From Candidatus Woesearchaeota archaeon (GTDB taxonomy: Archaea; Nanobdellota; Nanobdellia; Woesearchaeales; GCA-2686295), in contig JADHVI010000003.1 of the NCBI GenBank assembly GCA_016784125.1, positions 7,241 through 71,240 of the forward strand: a DNA stretch of 64,000 nucleotides, in the 5' to 3' direction. Positions within the stretch are counted from its first letter, which is position 1, and each line of letters starts with the position of its first letter. The notes under the pieces were generated by a model. That model did not search any database. It saw nothing but the letters and a program-made list of their open reading frames with translations, and was not told where the DNA came from. The position numbers and the translations under genes were made by a program. Of this stretch, positions 23,651 to 33,713 are shown piece by piece.

Positions 23651-25203
23651 TCTAGCAAGTCCTTTTTTCTAAGCAATCTATTATAACTAATTGCGAATCT
23701 GTGTGCTTCATCCCTGATGGATTGAAGTAACTTTAAAGCTTTTGATTTATGATTTAAACGCAAGGGAAAATGTGACCCTGGGAAATATATTTCTTCAAGT
23801 TTTTTTGCAAGAGATATTACTGGGAGCTTTACATCAATACTTTTTAAGGCACTCATTGTAGAACTGAGTTGCCCTTTTCCACCATCAATTACAACCAAGT
23901 TTGGAAATTCCAGATTTTCTTCTTTTAAACGTTTATATCTTCGAGTTATTACTTCTTTCATAGATTCAAAATCATCTATACCTTCGACTGTTCGAATCTT
24001 AAAACGTCTGTAATTACTTTTGTCAGGTTTGCCATTTCTAAACTGAACCATTGATGCAACAGTGTTTGTTCCTGATAAATGTGATATGTCAAAACATTCA
24101 ATTACTTTTGGTAACTCATTAAGTTTTAGTTTTGCTTGTAAATCAGTTAATTTTTCTAAGTCGCCAAAGAATGATAGTTCAATATTTTTTAAAACAAGTT
24201 TTAATAATTGTTTTTTCTCACCAACCTTTGGAATTTTTATTATTGCTTTTTTACCTCTTTTTTCTGTTAAGTAATCTACAAGTGCTTTGTCAACTACATT
24301 TGGAAGAATTAGTTCTTTTGGAACAGGATTTTCAGAATAATATTGTACTATGAATTGTTCTAAGAAATTATCCTTGTAGTCAAATTCAAATGTTTGTTTG
24401 TTTTCAAGTATTCCCTTGTAAATATTGAATAATAGTAAGTAAACCTTACCATTTTTCACAAGATAGTTTATTATGTCTTCATCATGTTTTTTATCTCGTT
24501 CCATTTTTTGCTTATCATTAACCCAAGTTATGGCTTTAATTTGATTTCGTAACTGCAATGCTGATTCAAAATTTTGTTTACTAGATTCTTTTTTCATTAA
24601 TACTTTTAATGATTCTATAAGTTCACTAGTTTTACCTTTTAATGCTAGTTCTGCATGCTTTATTTGTTTATCATATTCTTTTTTAGAAACTTTATTTATA
24701 CATGGTGCTGAACAAAGTTGTATATGATGTCTTAAGCATTCTTTTTTTGGTAACCTTTTACAAGTTCTAATCATAAAATTCTTTCTAACTAAATCTAAAA
24801 TATAGTCTCTACTCTCACCCGATACAAATGGGCCAAAGAACTTTCCTTTTTCGTCTTTTTTCCTAGCTAATAGTAATCTTGGATATTCTTCATCTGTTAA
24901 CTGAATATATGCATAACGTTTTGAATCTTTAAGAAGAATATTGTATTTTGGTAAGTGTTTTTTTATAAGATTATTTTCTAATATTAAACTTTCAACTTCT
25001 GTATCTGTTACAAAAAAATCAACTGAATCAATTTGTTTTACTAAAGAATCTGTTTTTGCATCTAAACTGTTAGTTTTGTTCTTAAAATAACTATTAACTC
25101 TTTTCTTTAGATTCTTTGCTTTTCCAACATATAGAATGATTCCTTTTTTATCCTTGTAAATATAACAACCTGGATTGTTTGGGATGGTTGATATGTCAAT
25201 CAT
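23647..25203 (-). CDS. uvrC: excinuclease ABC subunit C (UvrC)
   Basis: N-terminal GIY-YIG (GCYIYKDKKGIILYVGKAKNLKKRVNSYF), UVR and Endo V/HhH regions; 4-nt overlaps with uvrA and uvrB. Confidence 0.9.
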   Translation of the reverse strand: MIDISTIPNNPGCYIYKDKKGIILYVGKAKNLKKRVNSYFKNKTNSLDAKTDSLVKQIDSVDFFVTDTEVESLILENNLIKKHLPKYNILLKDSKRYAYIQLTDEEYPRLLLARKKDEKGKFFGPFVSGESRDYILDLVRKNFMIRTCKRLPKKECLRHHIQLCSAPCINKVSKKEYDKQIKHAELALKGKTSELIESLKVLMKKESSKQNFESALQLRNQIKAITWVNDKQKMERDKKHDEDIINYLVKNGKVYLLLFNIYKGILENKQTFEFDYKDNFLEQFIVQYYSENPVPKELILPNVVDKALVDYLTEKRGKKAIIKIPKVGEKKQLLKLVLKNIELSFFGDLEKLTDLQAKLKLNELPKVIECFDISHLSGTNTVASMVQFRNGKPDKSNYRRFKIRTVEGIDDFESMKEVITRRYKRLKEENLEFPNLVVIDGGKGQLSSTMSALKSIDVKLPVISLAKKLEEIYFPGSHFPLRLNHKSKALKLLQSIRDEAHRFAISYNRLLRKKDLLE

Positions 25204-28004
25204 TTTAACATTGGTTTTAGAAATTTACCCGTATAACTTTTTTTATTTGCAACTATTTCTTCAGGTGTTCCTTGCGCAATAATAAGTCCCCCACCACTTC
25301 CACCTTCAGGACCTAAATCTATGATGTGATCTGCTGATTTTACAACATCTAAATTATGTTCAATTACTATCATACTGTTTCCTTTTGAAACTAAATCATC
25401 AAGAACTTTTATTAGTTTTCTAACATCATGAAAATGAAGTCCAGTTGTTGGTTCGTCTAGTAAATAAAGAGTTCTTCCAGTTGAATTTTTTGATAGTTCT
25501 CTTGTTAATTTTATTCTTTGTGCTTCTCCACCAGATAATGTTACTGAACTTTGACCAAGTTTAATATATTCAAGTCCAACTCTATTTAATGTTTCAAGTT
25601 TTCGTTTTAATATAGGAATATTTTCAAATAATTTTAATGCTTCTTCAACACTCATTGCTAAAACATCTGCAATTGATTTATCTTTGTATTTTACTTCTAA
25701 AGTATCTTGATTATATCTTGTACCTTTACACTCTTCACATTCAACGTAAACATCTGGTAAGAAATTCATTTCTATTTTGATTAGTCCATCTCCAGCACAT
25801 GCTTCACAACGTCCACCTTTAACATTAAATGAGAATCTTCCTGGTTTATATCCTCTGATTTTGGCTTCTTTTGTAATTGAAAATATCTTTCTAATCTCAT
25901 CAAATACTTTTGTGTAAGTTGCAGGATTACTTCTTGGAGTTTTTCCTATCGGGCTTTGATCAATAACTATTATTTTGTCAATATTTGCATTAATGATCAT
26001 TTCTTTGTGTTCGCCAGGGGTCAATTTAGAATTATGAAGCTTTTTCATCATTGCTTTATACAAAATTTCGTAAATTAAAGTTGATTTTCCACTTCCTGAA
26101 ACACCTGTTATAAGAGTTAATACTCCTGTTGGAATTTTAACATCTATGTTTTGAAGATTGTTATGAGTGCATCCTTTTAGTTCAATAAAGGAAGTTGATT
26201 CTCGTCTTTTGTCAGGTGTTGGAATTGTTAGTTTTCCAGTTAGATATTGGCCTGTTAATGATTTTGGATTATTTTCGATTTCTTTTGGAGTACCACATGC
26301 CACAATTAATCCTCCATGAATTCCTGCGCCAGGTCCCATGTCTATAACATAGTCTGCATTTCTGATTGTATCTTCATCATGTTCTACAACTATCAATGTA
26401 TTTCCAAGATCTCGCAAATGGTACAGTGTATCTATTAGTTTTTTATTATCTCTTTGATGTAAACCAATGCTTGGTTCGTCAAGAATATACATAACACCCA
26501 TTAAGTTTGATCCTATTTGAGTTGCAAGTCTGATTCTTTGTGCTTCTCCACCAGATAGTGTTCCTGCATTTCTTGATAATGTTAAATATCCAAGTCCGAC
26601 TTGTTCTAAAAATTTAAGTCTTTCTTTTATTTCTTTTAACACTTGTTTTGCAATAGTTTCTTGTTTTTCTGTTAATTCAAGATTGTTAAAAAATTCTAAA
26701 CCTTTTCTAATTGAAAAATCAGTTACTTCAATAATTGATTTTCCTGTGATTTTTACAGCTAAGATTTTACTTTTCAATCTTTTTCCAAGACAATTAGGAC
26801 ATGGTAGTATTCGCATAAATTTTTCTAGTTCTTTTCGTCTGTAATCTGATTCTGTTTGGTGATATAGTCTTTCACTTTGTGGAATTAATCCTTCCCACTT
26901 TCCATGACTTGACCAGTTAGCTTCGCCACCTTTCATACTCATATTAAACTTTATTTTTTCATCTGATCCATGCATTAGAATATTAAATTGTTCTTCGCTT
27001 AAATCTTTGATTGGTGCAAATACGCTGAATCGGAAGTGTTTTGCAACTGCGCCAAGATATTGACCTCTCCATCCATCTATTGCGTTTCGGTAAAGCATTA
27101 CTGCGCCATCTGCAATACAAGTATCTTTGTTTGGAATTATCAAGTCTGAATCAAACTCCATTTTTATTCCAAGACCATGACAATCTTCACAAGCTCCAAA
27201 TGGACTGTTAAAAGAAAACATTCTTGGTTGTAGTTCTTCAAATATAAGACCACATTTTGGACAAGCCATATTTGCTGAATGGATTGTTTCATTATTTTTA
27301 TCATCAAGAACAATTAATAGTCCGTCACCTTTATTCAAAGCATTTTCACATGCCTCTGCAAGTCTGTTTTTATCAGTTGTACTAATTCTATCTATTACAA
27401 CTTCTATATCATGTTTTTTATATCGATCTAATTGTACTTTTTCATCTGTTCGCTGAATGGTCCCATTTACTCGAACTCGAGTGTATCCTTCTTTGTTTAA
27501 GTCTTCAATTACTTTTTCATAAGTTCCTTTTTTCTGTCTTATAATTGGTGCAAGAATTGTTACTTGGCCTTTGTTATCTGCAGAAATATTTTCAGCAATT
27601 TTTTGTGGTGATTGTGATTCAATTTTAATATTATGTTTGGGGCAATATGGTGTTCCAATTCGAGCATATAATAATCTTAAATAATCATATATATCAGTAA
27701 CTGTTCCAACTGTACTTCGAGGATTCTTACTAGTAGTCTTTTGCTCGATTGAAATCGCAGGAGATAGTCCTTCAATACTATCTACATCTGGTTTACTCAT
27801 AAGTCCTAAGAATTGTCTGGCGTAAGCTGAAAGAGATTCAACATATCTCCTTTGCCCTTCGGCATACAATGTATCAAATGCAAGTGTTGATTTGCCACTT
27901 CCTGAAAGTCCAGTTATAACTATGAATTTGTCTCTAGGGAGGGTTACATTAATATTTTGTAAATTGTGTTCTCTTGCACCTTTAATTATTATGTCTTTAG
28001 TCAT
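25200..28004 (-). CDS. uvrA: excinuclease ABC subunit A (UvrA)
   Basis: Two ABC modules (GLSGSGKSTLAFDT... and GVSGSGKSTLIYE...), LSGGEAQRI signatures, zinc-finger Cys clusters; start assigned to ATG at 28004 (MTKDIIIKG); the ORF-track extension to 28028 begins with TTG. Confidence 0.95.
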   Translation of the reverse strand: MTKDIIIKGAREHNLQNINVTLPRDKFIVITGLSGSGKSTLAFDTLYAEGQRRYVESLSAYARQFLGLMSKPDVDSIEGLSPAISIEQKTTSKNPRSTVGTVTDIYDYLRLLYARIGTPYCPKHNIKIESQSPQKIAENISADNKGQVTILAPIIRQKKGTYEKVIEDLNKEGYTRVRVNGTIQRTDEKVQLDRYKKHDIEVVIDRISTTDKNRLAEACENALNKGDGLLIVLDDKNNETIHSANMACPKCGLIFEELQPRMFSFNSPFGACEDCHGLGIKMEFDSDLIIPNKDTCIADGAVMLYRNAIDGWRGQYLGAVAKHFRFSVFAPIKDLSEEQFNILMHGSDEKIKFNMSMKGGEANWSSHGKWEGLIPQSERLYHQTESDYRRKELEKFMRILPCPNCLGKRLKSKILAVKITGKSIIEVTDFSIRKGLEFFNNLELTEKQETIAKQVLKEIKERLKFLEQVGLGYLTLSRNAGTLSGGEAQRIRLATQIGSNLMGVMYILDEPSIGLHQRDNKKLIDTLYHLRDLGNTLIVVEHDEDTIRNADYVIDMGPGAGIHGGLIVACGTPKEIENNPKSLTGQYLTGKLTIPTPDKRRESTSFIELKGCTHNNLQNIDVKIPTGVLTLITGVSGSGKSTLIYEILYKAMMKKLHNSKLTPGEHKEMIINANIDKIIVIDQSPIGKTPRSNPATYTKVFDEIRKIFSITKEAKIRGYKPGRFSFNVKGGRCEACAGDGLIKIEMNFLPDVYVECEECKGTRYNQDTLEVKYKDKSIADVLAMSVEEALKLFENIPILKRKLETLNRVGLEYIKLGQSSVTLSGGEAQRIKLTRELSKNSTGRTLYLLDEPTTGLHFHDVRKLIKVLDDLVSKGNSMIVIEHNLDVVKSADHIIDLGPEGGSGGGLIIAQGTPEEIVANKKSYTGKFLKPMLK

Positions 28005-28101
28005 TTGTATTAATCCTTCTTTTAGCAAGATAACATTTCAAAAATCTATTTGATTTTTGTTTGTGTTCTCTTGCACCTTTGATAATTGTATCTTTAGTCA
28101 T
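27997..28101 (-). CDS. 34-codon upstream ORF whose first 13 codons duplicate the uvrA N-terminus (MTKDTIIKGAREHKQKSNRFLKCYLAKRRINTND); its stop overlaps the uvrA start
   Basis: ~45-nt near-identical copy of the uvrA 5' end (40/45 identities); uORF stop TAA overlaps the uvrA start as AATGACTAA. Confidence 0.3.
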   Translation of the reverse strand: MTKDTIIKGAREHKQKSNRFLKCYLAKRRINTND

Positions 28102-28262
28102 CTTACATAGTTTTAATTTGAAACTCAAAAAGTCTTTTTTTCCGAAAAATTCGTAAACTTTACAGAATCAATTTTGAGACTTTTATAAAGATTTTGGGAA
28201 TTTGTCCAGTGGCGTAAAAAACCAGGATTAAATTTATATACTGTACAAATTATTAGTTTAAT

Positions 28263-28724
28263 ATGCAATATAAAGTATCCCATGGTGAAACTTTTGAAAT
28301 CAACACACTTGTTTTAGACTTGAACGGAACATTATCTGTGAATGGTTGGGTTCTAGAGGGAGTCAAAGAGAGAATCGACAAACTCAACTCTTTAGGTTTT
28401 AAAATCATTTTATTCACAGGGAACCAGAGAGGAACAGCAGGCAAACTTTGCGGTGACTTAGGAATTGAATATAAAGTTGCACAAACTTGTAAGGATAAGG
28501 AAGAAGAAATGTTAAAACTTGATACTAACAAATGTGCTGCTATTGGCAATGCCAGGATTGATATTGGAACTTTTAAACATGCTAAATTATCAATTCTCAC
28601 ACTACAAGCAGAAGGAATACATGCAAAAGCTATTTCTCATGTAGATATTATTGTCCCATCAATTCTTGATGCACTAGACTTGTTCATAAACAAAGACTCA
28701 CTTTGCGCGACATTAAGAGAATAA
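28263..28724 (+). CDS. HAD-superfamily hydrolase (soluble P-type-ATPase-like domain, COG4087-like)
   Basis: Motif I VLDLNGTL, motif III-like K...GNARID. Confidence 0.5.
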   Translation: MQYKVSHGETFEINTLVLDLNGTLSVNGWVLEGVKERIDKLNSLGFKIILFTGNQRGTAGKLCGDLGIEYKVAQTCKDKEEEMLKLDTNKCAAIGNARIDIGTFKHAKLSILTLQAEGIHAKAISHVDIIVPSILDALDLFINKDSLCATLRE

Positions 28725-28753
28725 TTAATAAATGCTTAAGTATATTTATTATC

Positions 28754-29377
28754 ATGAAATTTTATTTATCATCTTTCAGGCTTGGAGACAAATCTGCTGA
28801 ATTAGTTAGACTAATGCCTGAAAATAAGAAGATTGCATATATACCAAATGCTAATGATTATACAAATGTGGATTTGGATAGAAAGATCAAATGGGAACGA
28901 CTTGATATAGATAGTTTAGAGAAAATAGGTTTGACTGTAGAATACCTTGATTTAAGAAATTATTTTGACAAAACTGATGATTTACGAAAAAAACTGAGTG
29001 GATTTGGTGGTGTGTTCATAAGAGGTGGAAGTGCTTTTGTTCTAAGGCAAGCAATGAAATTGAGTGGTTTCGATATAATCTTTAAAGAACTTCTAAAAAG
29101 AGAGGATTTTGTATATTCAGGATACAGCGCAGGAATCTGTGTTCTTGCGCCAGATTTCAAAGCGATACAAATAGTTGATGACGCTTCAGATTGGCCGTAC
29201 AAAGAGCTTCAAGAAACAATTTGGGAAGGCCTTGGATATTTAGATTATATGATTCTCCCGCATTACAAATCAAATCATCCAGAATCAGCAGACATTGATA
29301 AAGAAGTCGAGTTCGCTAAGAAAAACAATCTCCCGTTTAAGACTTTGAGAGATGGTGAAGTAATTATTATTGAATGA
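28754..29377 (+). CDS. peptidase S51 (dipeptidase E / cyanophycinase-like) family protein
   Basis: GGVFIRGGSAFVL ... SGYSAGICVL matches the S51 nucleophile-elbow Ser; start set to the first ATG (ORF-track start 28703 is a TTG and overlaps the upstream gene). Confidence 0.5.
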   Translation: MKFYLSSFRLGDKSAELVRLMPENKKIAYIPNANDYTNVDLDRKIKWERLDIDSLEKIGLTVEYLDLRNYFDKTDDLRKKLSGFGGVFIRGGSAFVLRQAMKLSGFDIIFKELLKREDFVYSGYSAGICVLAPDFKAIQIVDDASDWPYKELQETIWEGLGYLDYMILPHYKSNHPESADIDKEVEFAKKNNLPFKTLRDGEVIIIE

Positions 29378-29384
29378 AAATGAT

Positions 29385-30062
29385 TTATTTCTTCTTCATT
29401 AAATATACTTTGACAGCCTTGCCAGCTTTGCGAAAATCTCCTTTTTTCAGCTCATAATGGTATATTATGTCAAATTTCTTTCTAAAAGTATCTTTGATTT
29501 CCTTATCTGTAAAAAAATGATTATAATGTCCATTGCGCAGCGTCCAATTTCTATTCTTTGATTTTGGACTAATTCCCGGAATATATCCATAATTATTACT
29601 AAAACAATATAATAAGAAGTGTCCATCTGTTTTTAGAACCCGTAATATACTGCTCAAATATTTTTTCCACTCAGATTTTCTTAAATGGTGAATACAACCA
29701 GAATCTAATAATGCATCAAAAAAATTTGAATTATATGGCAATCTAAATACTGAACCAACTTGATTAGATATTTTAACATCATTGTCTTTTGCATTCTTCT
29801 TTGCAATCTTGATAGCTGACTCTGAAACATCTATACCATGCACAGTAAATCCATTTTTTGCAAATAAAACAGAATTTCTTCCATTACCACATCCAATATC
29901 CAACACATTCCCATTAATTTTATGGTCTTTCAAATATTTGATATATTCTTTTACGACTGGAGAAGGATTTTTTGATGTATAGTGATCATCATTTGAAAAT
30001 TTATTGTTCATAGATTTCCATCTTTTTTCGTACCTGTCGGTTTCAATTTTTTCGTAGTTCAT
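29385..30062 (-). CDS. class I SAM-dependent methyltransferase
   Basis: VLDIGCGNGRNSVLFAKNGFTVHGIDVSESAIKIAKKNA. Confidence 0.7.
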   Translation of the reverse strand: MNYEKIETDRYEKRWKSMNNKFSNDDHYTSKNPSPVVKEYIKYLKDHKINGNVLDIGCGNGRNSVLFAKNGFTVHGIDVSESAIKIAKKNAKDNDVKISNQVGSVFRLPYNSNFFDALLDSGCIHHLRKSEWKKYLSSILRVLKTDGHFLLYCFSNNYGYIPGISPKSKNRNWTLRNGHYNHFFTDKEIKDTFRKKFDIIYHYELKKGDFRKAGKAVKVYLMKKK

Positions 30063-30106
30063 GTTGATACATTTAGTTAGAGAATAGAGTTAATAAATAT
30101 TTTGTT

Positions 30107-30784
30107 CTAAGAAAAAATCTGTTTTACTTTATCTGCCACTAGCTCACCCAGTTTTCTATGATTATGATTATCAATATGAACACCTTCTATTTCATCGACA
30201 ACTATTGCATCATTTGGGTTAAGATAAAAAACATCTTCTTCTTCTTCAGCAAGTGTTTTGTAGGAATCAATCAGAGCAGTTGTTTTCTCGGTAGCTTCTT
30301 TGAACAGCTTTGAAGCAAAATCTGCATCTTCTTTTACAACTGCGGGTACGACAATCAGTATTTTTGTTTGAGAAGTATTTTCTAAAGTTTTCATATTCTT
30401 CACAGCGCTAATTAATGCTCTCATACCTTCTGTTATTTCAATAACTGATAAGTTCATCATTTCTTTAGCATCAGTTGTTCCAAGCATTATAATAACTAAG
30501 TTTAGTGGATTATGTGTTTCTAGAACTATTGGCAGGGTTTTGAGTCCATTTCTTAGAGGCAACTCTGGTCTAGGATCATCAAACATTGTTGTTCTTGCTC
30601 CCAAACCTTCTTCTATAATTTTATAATCTAATCCTAATAGTTTTTGTAAAACTCCTGGCCAACGATTATTCGAATTATATCTTTTCGTACCCATGCTTGA
30701 AGGAACCCATCCCCAAGTGTTTGAGTCACCATAACATAGAATAGTTTTTACTTTTGAATTGGTATCAAAAATATCTTTGTCCAT
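30107..30784 (-). CDS. SGNH/GDSL-family hydrolase
   Basis: Block I ILCYGDSNTWGW (GDSxT with nucleophile Ser) and a C-terminal DxxH-type region (VHIDNHNH). Confidence 0.6.
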   Translation of the reverse strand: MDKDIFDTNSKVKTILCYGDSNTWGWVPSSMGTKRYNSNNRWPGVLQKLLGLDYKIIEEGLGARTTMFDDPRPELPLRNGLKTLPIVLETHNPLNLVIIMLGTTDAKEMMNLSVIEITEGMRALISAVKNMKTLENTSQTKILIVVPAVVKEDADFASKLFKEATEKTTALIDSYKTLAEEEEDVFYLNPNDAIVVDEIEGVHIDNHNHRKLGELVADKVKQIFS

Positions 30785-30846
30785 ACAAATTACTAATGAG
30801 GCGAATTATATAAAGATTTTGTAATAAAGAATTAGAATTATTTATG

Positions 30847-32394
30847 TCATGTTTTAAATATTAACTGATTAAGGTAGCGCATTAGTCCTTCTTTGACATA
30901 GTTTGGAAGAACCCTTAATGTTTTCAAATAAGATCCTTGTTGTGATAATTTAATAACTTGCCAATAAGTAAAAGGTTCGTATATAATTAAAGTCAATAAT
31001 TTTGCAATAAACAAAGAGATTTTAAACTTAAATGTTCTCGGATTTTGTTTGTAGAAATAAACAATTTTGTTCATATGTTCTGCATTTAGAAATGCTGCGA
31101 GTCTAGTAAGGTCGTTTAAAATGTTTTTTTTATACGATAAGTAGTCTTTTCTGAGAGAATCTTCGATTTTTTCAGGCAATTCTTTTTTGACTTTTTCGTA
31201 TATTTCTGTTCCTAAATAACAAGTCAAGGAAAAAAATTGGGTGTAGAATGGTTTTGGCGTTTCAATAAGCGTTTGTACTGTCGCAAGTCTATCTTCTTCG
31301 TTTTCAAAAGGATTATCTAATATAATATCATAAAACGCAGCTATATTAAACTTTTTAATTATTCTTGCTGCTTTAAGAAAATCTGCTTTTAATGATTTCC
31401 GCTTGTAGATATCATTGCAAACGCGGTCACTTCCACTTTGCAACCCCAAGTTGATCCAAGCTAAACCTGCGTCCTTCAAGTATTTTATTTTATTTGGAGT
31501 AATATAAATTGGGATTGCTCTGATAATGAATGGTTTTTTTATTTTTCCTTTGTAAATTTCACAAAACTCTTTGAGATAGGTATCACTACATGCTAAAAAA
31601 CAATCATCTTGGAAGTTAATATATTCAATTTCTGAGTACTCATTTACTGTTTTTTCAAGTTCAAAGATGATATCTTTAATACTGCGTCTCCTAATTTTTT
31701 TAGTTTGATATAAATGCGAAATAAAATTATTACAACAATATGTGCAAGAAAATGGACATCCTCTGGAGCTCATAATACTATAAGTAGTTCCTCTATATCT
31801 AGCATATTTCTTAAATTTTTTTTTATCAATAGGAACTATAAAACCATTTTTTCCTTGAATAAAGCTATTTATAGGAATATGATCATATGATGGTATCTCA
31901 TCTAAATTCTCAATAAGTGGATATAGAATATTTTTCTTTACTTTACCATTTTGTATGTGACCAAGATTGTTAATGTTATTTACATTTTCATCGTTGTTAA
32001 TGGCATTCGCTAAATCCAGAATAGTTCTCTCGCCTTCTCCAATACAAACATAATCTGCGTCGTCCAAACACATTGCTGGAGAAATTGTTGGGTGTATGCC
32101 GCCCCAGATAATTGGAATAGATTCAAAATTATTTTTTAAATATTTAGTTAAATCGCGTGAATTAAAATACTCAACAGTCATTAAACTAATTCCAATCAGC
32201 TTAGGAGATATTTCAAGAACGAATTTACCGATTTGTTTTAAAGCGTTATTATTGTTTGGATTAAAATTTGGCAGGTGGAGAAGAACTGAATCATAACCTT
32301 TTTTTAATAAGCAATAGTGCAATGTTTTTAATCCTATTATATCTAAATCTCTTTGAAGTGAAATTAACAGAACACTTATTTTTTTCATATTCAC
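30847..32394 (-). CDS. B12-binding-domain radical SAM protein (class B)
   Basis: N-terminal cobalamin-binding-like domain followed by SSRGCPFSCTYCCN (CxxxCxxC). Confidence 0.7.
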   Translation of the reverse strand: MNMKKISVLLISLQRDLDIIGLKTLHYCLLKKGYDSVLLHLPNFNPNNNNALKQIGKFVLEISPKLIGISLMTVEYFNSRDLTKYLKNNFESIPIIWGGIHPTISPAMCLDDADYVCIGEGERTILDLANAINNDENVNNINNLGHIQNGKVKKNILYPLIENLDEIPSYDHIPINSFIQGKNGFIVPIDKKKFKKYARYRGTTYSIMSSRGCPFSCTYCCNNFISHLYQTKKIRRRSIKDIIFELEKTVNEYSEIEYINFQDDCFLACSDTYLKEFCEIYKGKIKKPFIIRAIPIYITPNKIKYLKDAGLAWINLGLQSGSDRVCNDIYKRKSLKADFLKAARIIKKFNIAAFYDIILDNPFENEEDRLATVQTLIETPKPFYTQFFSLTCYLGTEIYEKVKKELPEKIEDSLRKDYLSYKKNILNDLTRLAAFLNAEHMNKIVYFYKQNPRTFKFKISLFIAKLLTLIIYEPFTYWQVIKLSQQGSYLKTLRVLPNYVKEGLMRYLNQLIFKT

Positions 32395-32739
32395 AACGTT
32401 GAGTTATGATAGTTATTTAAATTTAATTATATACAAAGAATTTTTTTGAAAATTGCTAAGAAATTAGTTAGAAATATTACAATTTTTTTTCATTGTAATG
32501 ACCAGAAAATTATTTTCTGATTTATTTATTCTGTCTCTTTCTCTTTTCTTTCTTCATCTTCTTACGTTGCCACTTCCAACGCATTTGACCTTTCTTTTTC
32601 CATCTCCTGGAACTTCTCTTCATTGTTTTCATGCTTCACAGCTTCGTATGCTGCTAATTGGACCTCCATTATGGTTATGCCCTGTTGGAACTGGCGTCGA
32701 TTTATAAAACTTTGTAATACCGAGAACTAAGAATCTGGG

Positions 32740-33597
32740 CTAGTTTACTTTATTTTGAACATTTCCATTTAAGAAAGTTTGAATGTTTTTCAAAGTTATT
32801 TCTCTAAGATTATTCTGAGCCTCTAGCGTCATCCACCCGAAGTGAGGTGTTAAATATATGTTGTCTAATTTTCCAAAATTATTTCTAATCTCTTGTTCTT
32901 CTATAGCTTCAAACCACGCAGATAGACATTTCTCTTCGCATAATTTAAAGACTGTATCTAAGTCAACTAATTCTGATCTACCTGGATTTAATAAAACAGT
33001 TCCTTTTTTAATAAGAGAGAGTTTTTCTTTGTTTAAGATTTGCTCGGTATTCTTATTCAAAGCACAATTGAGTGAAATAACATCACTAGTCTTTAACAGC
33101 TCGTCGAGTGTCACTAATTTGAATCCATCTTTTTCTGAACGAGAAAAATGAACAACTTTCATTCCTAATCCTAATGCTATTTCTGCAATTCTTCTACCAA
33201 TATTGCCCAAACCAATTACTCCTAGAGTTTTCCCTTTTAATTCCCAGCCCATAAAGCTTTCAAAACCCCAGTTTCCTTGCTTAACAAAATTCATGGCATC
33301 ATGTGTTCTGCGTGAAATATTAAGCAAAGCGGATATTGTAAGTTCTGCAACCACCTCTGTAGAATAACCTGGAACATTAGTTAGAGTGATTTTATTTCTG
33401 TTCATCTCTTCAAGGTTAAAATGAGATACATCTGTGTGAGTTGTTCCAATATATTTAAGATTTGTATTATCAAAAAATCCTTTCTCATAATTTTCAAACA
33501 ATCTTAATACTAGTGCTTCAGCACCTTGAAAATCTTCTTTCTTCAAACTATTACAATATTCTTTCTCACCATAAACAATTTTTAGTTCTTCTGTCAA
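32740..33597 (-). CDS. D-isomer-specific 2-hydroxyacid dehydrogenase; N-terminus possibly disrupted (see finding at 33598-33675)
   Basis: Rossmann motif GVIGLGNIGRRIAEIALGLGMKVV plus a catalytic-domain Arg/Glu/His region; the ORF-track start is a TTG; an upstream in-frame ATG is separated by a TAA. Confidence 0.7.
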   Translation of the reverse strand: MTEELKIVYGEKEYCNSLKKEDFQGAEALVLRLFENYEKGFFDNTNLKYIGTTHTDVSHFNLEEMNRNKITLTNVPGYSTEVVAELTISALLNISRRTHDAMNFVKQGNWGFESFMGWELKGKTLGVIGLGNIGRRIAEIALGLGMKVVHFSRSEKDGFKLVTLDELLKTSDVISLNCALNKNTEQILNKEKLSLIKKGTVLLNPGRSELVDLDTVFKLCEEKCLSAWFEAIEEQEIRNNFGKLDNIYLTPHFGWMTLEAQNNLREITLKNIQTFLNGNVQNKVN

Positions 33598-33713
33598 TTC
33601 TCTTAATCTAGAAATAAATGATTCTTCAAACGGTTATGATTTAAGATCATATAAAACCAACTTTTTGAACTTCATAAAAAATAGTTATAGATTGGATTAT
33701 AAATTATTTTCTA

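Noticed and set aside
21777-24353. 163-aa and 70-73-aa ORFs on the plus strand
   Set aside because: Antisense to uvrB and uvrC; hydrophobic low-complexity translations; overlapped by strongly supported genes
32498-32707. 69-aa plus-strand ORF (MTRKLFSDLFILSLSLFFLHLL...)
   Set aside because: Low-complexity Leu/Phe/Ser composition typical of a spurious ORF in a T-rich stretch; a short minus-strand ORF in the GC-richer part is more plausible and is noted in the findings
33598-33675. Genetic-code reassignment (TAA as sense) suggested by the in-frame TAA
   Set aside because: Other well-conserved genes in the window terminate at TAA/TAG/TGA at the expected protein lengths, so a global reassignment is not supported; the event is local
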